Made by a program: the position numbers and the translations under genes
Sequence record: JAKSYS010000061.1
Direction: 5' to 3' (one strand)
Length of the DNA: 32,000 nucleotides
In this document: one piece after another, positions 30,930 to 32,000 of the stretch
Position numbering within the stretch: the first letter of the stretch is position 1
Layout: each line of letters starts with the position of its first letter
The notes under the pieces: model-generated
Databases searched by the model: none
Seen by the model: only the letters and a program-made list of their open reading frames with translations
Told to the model about the DNA's origin: nothing

Positions 30930-32000
30930 ATGTACTATTTGTTTTATACAATACTCTTCTTAATTGAAATTACACAAGAAACTGTATTAAATTGGTTTAA
31001 CATTGAAGCACCACTTAATCAGAAAATTAATGAATATCGGGAACTCTATGGGTTAATTCCAAGCGATGATTCCATTTATATCGAACAATTAAAGCAGAAT
31101 TATGAATCTGCCCCTGCTTTTTCTTTAGATACTTTAAGATTAATTATCGAAGGATATTGGGAAAAGATTCGTGATACAGGATTGGGGTTATCTGAAATTG
31201 ATGATCTAATTGTCTTAATAGTTGTAATTAGACTTATAGTTTTAACAATTAGATATAATATATTTACAGGGTTTATAATTACAGGAATTAGCGTGCTTGC
31301 AGGTTATTTATGGTATTCAACGTTTATTTCAACATTATTCGTTTATGAAAATGCATTATATAAAAATGCATTAACATTCAGATTAGGTGTTGATGCTAAT
31401 CAAATTAGGCGAATGCTTCAAGCAAAAGTTATGAGTTCTTCATATCAGATACGTTTGACAAATCCTGTGGGCATTGCTATTTATGCTCTTGGGACTGGAT
31501 CTGTTTATGAAGGGCATAGAATTGATCCTATTTCAATGTTTATGTCGAGTATTCCCGAAGGTTTTCCAAAAAAGGATTGGATTGAAGGAACCTACTACTT
31601 ATTTTATAGAAAAATTATCCCTGTGACAATGCGGGCAATTTTGGATTTTATTGATGCTTTTACTTCTTATGCTGTTTATACAATAATTACACGAGTAAAT
31701 AAACGATATTGTCCGTATCTGATTCGTTGGCATTGGACTTTATTAATTATTTTAAAATTTTTTGAACCATTTATTACTTATTTAATTTATCGTATAAATG
31801 ATTATTCTTATAATATTGTTTATCCGCAAATTTTAAAAGCAAAAGAATATGGTATTACTTTATCACAATCAACTTTTGAAATGCAATTATTGAATTATAT
31901 ATGTTTTACAATAATTATAATTCATTTGTCATTTCTTTTATTTGCTATGTTACATGCTTTATGTGGGCAATATTTTTATATACCTTTCTTTACTGAAAAT
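30930..32000 (+). CDS. Conserved hypothetical plastid membrane protein (possibly ycf90-like); 5' part only, runs off the window end
   Basis: Hand translation from the ATG at 30930 stays open for 357 codons to the window end: MYYLFYTILFLIEITQETVLNWFNIEAPLNQKINEYRELYGLIPSDDSIYIEQLKQNYESAPAF...RWHWTLLIILKFFEPFITYLIYRINDYSYNIVYPQ...LCGQYFYIPFFTEN. It has several hydrophobic segments. Absent from the ORF track because it has no stop in the window. The ycf90 assignment is from memory only. Confidence 0.6.
   Translation, partial: MYYLFYTILFLIEITQETVLNWFNIEAPLNQKINEYRELYGLIPSDDSIYIEQLKQNYESAPAFSLDTLRLIIEGYWEKIRDTGLGLSEIDDLIVLIVVIRLIVLTIRYNIFTGFIITGISVLAGYLWYSTFISTLFVYENALYKNALTFRLGVDANQIRRMLQAKVMSSSYQIRLTNPVGIAIYALGTGSVYEGHRIDPISMFMSSIPEGFPKKDWIEGTYYLFYRKIIPVTMRAILDFIDAFTSYAVYTIITRVNKRYCPYLIRWHWTLLIILKFFEPFITYLIYRINDYSYNIVYPQILKAKEYGITLSQSTFEMQLLNYICFTIIIIHLSFLLFAMLHALCGQYFYIPFFTEN

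Overview
This window is a gene-dense, very AT-rich plastid genome segment of the red-algal-derived type. The gene set (dnaB, tatC, secG, petF, ycf66, ycf33, a ycf90-like ORF, ssrA) and the operon order rps20-rpoB-rpoC1 look diatom-like, judged from memory rather than a search. I can support 41 protein genes, 16 tRNAs and one tmRNA (ssrA), with no rRNA, CRISPR array, mobile element or defence-type system. The protein genes cover RNA polymerase, ribosomal proteins, ATP synthase, cytochrome b6f, PSI and PSII, chlI and conserved ycf ORFs. Three things stand out. (1) Seven single-base frame breaks hit five otherwise well-conserved, essential genes: rpoB x2, rpl33, atpE, psaD and chlI x2. Six sit exactly in mononucleotide runs; the seventh can only be bracketed, with a run as the best candidate. 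Homopolymer length miscalls are the most likely cause. If the breaks are real, expression would need transcriptional slippage or ribosomal frameshifting. (2) One tRNA has a class-II shape with a 16-nt variable arm but carries a CAU anticodon. (3) Long, perfect AT-rich palindromes follow many of the transcription-unit 3' ends, and several overlap stop codons (37 bp at atpE, 33 bp at secG). I see no evidence for a novel multi-gene system; apart from these points the region is ordinary plastid core content.
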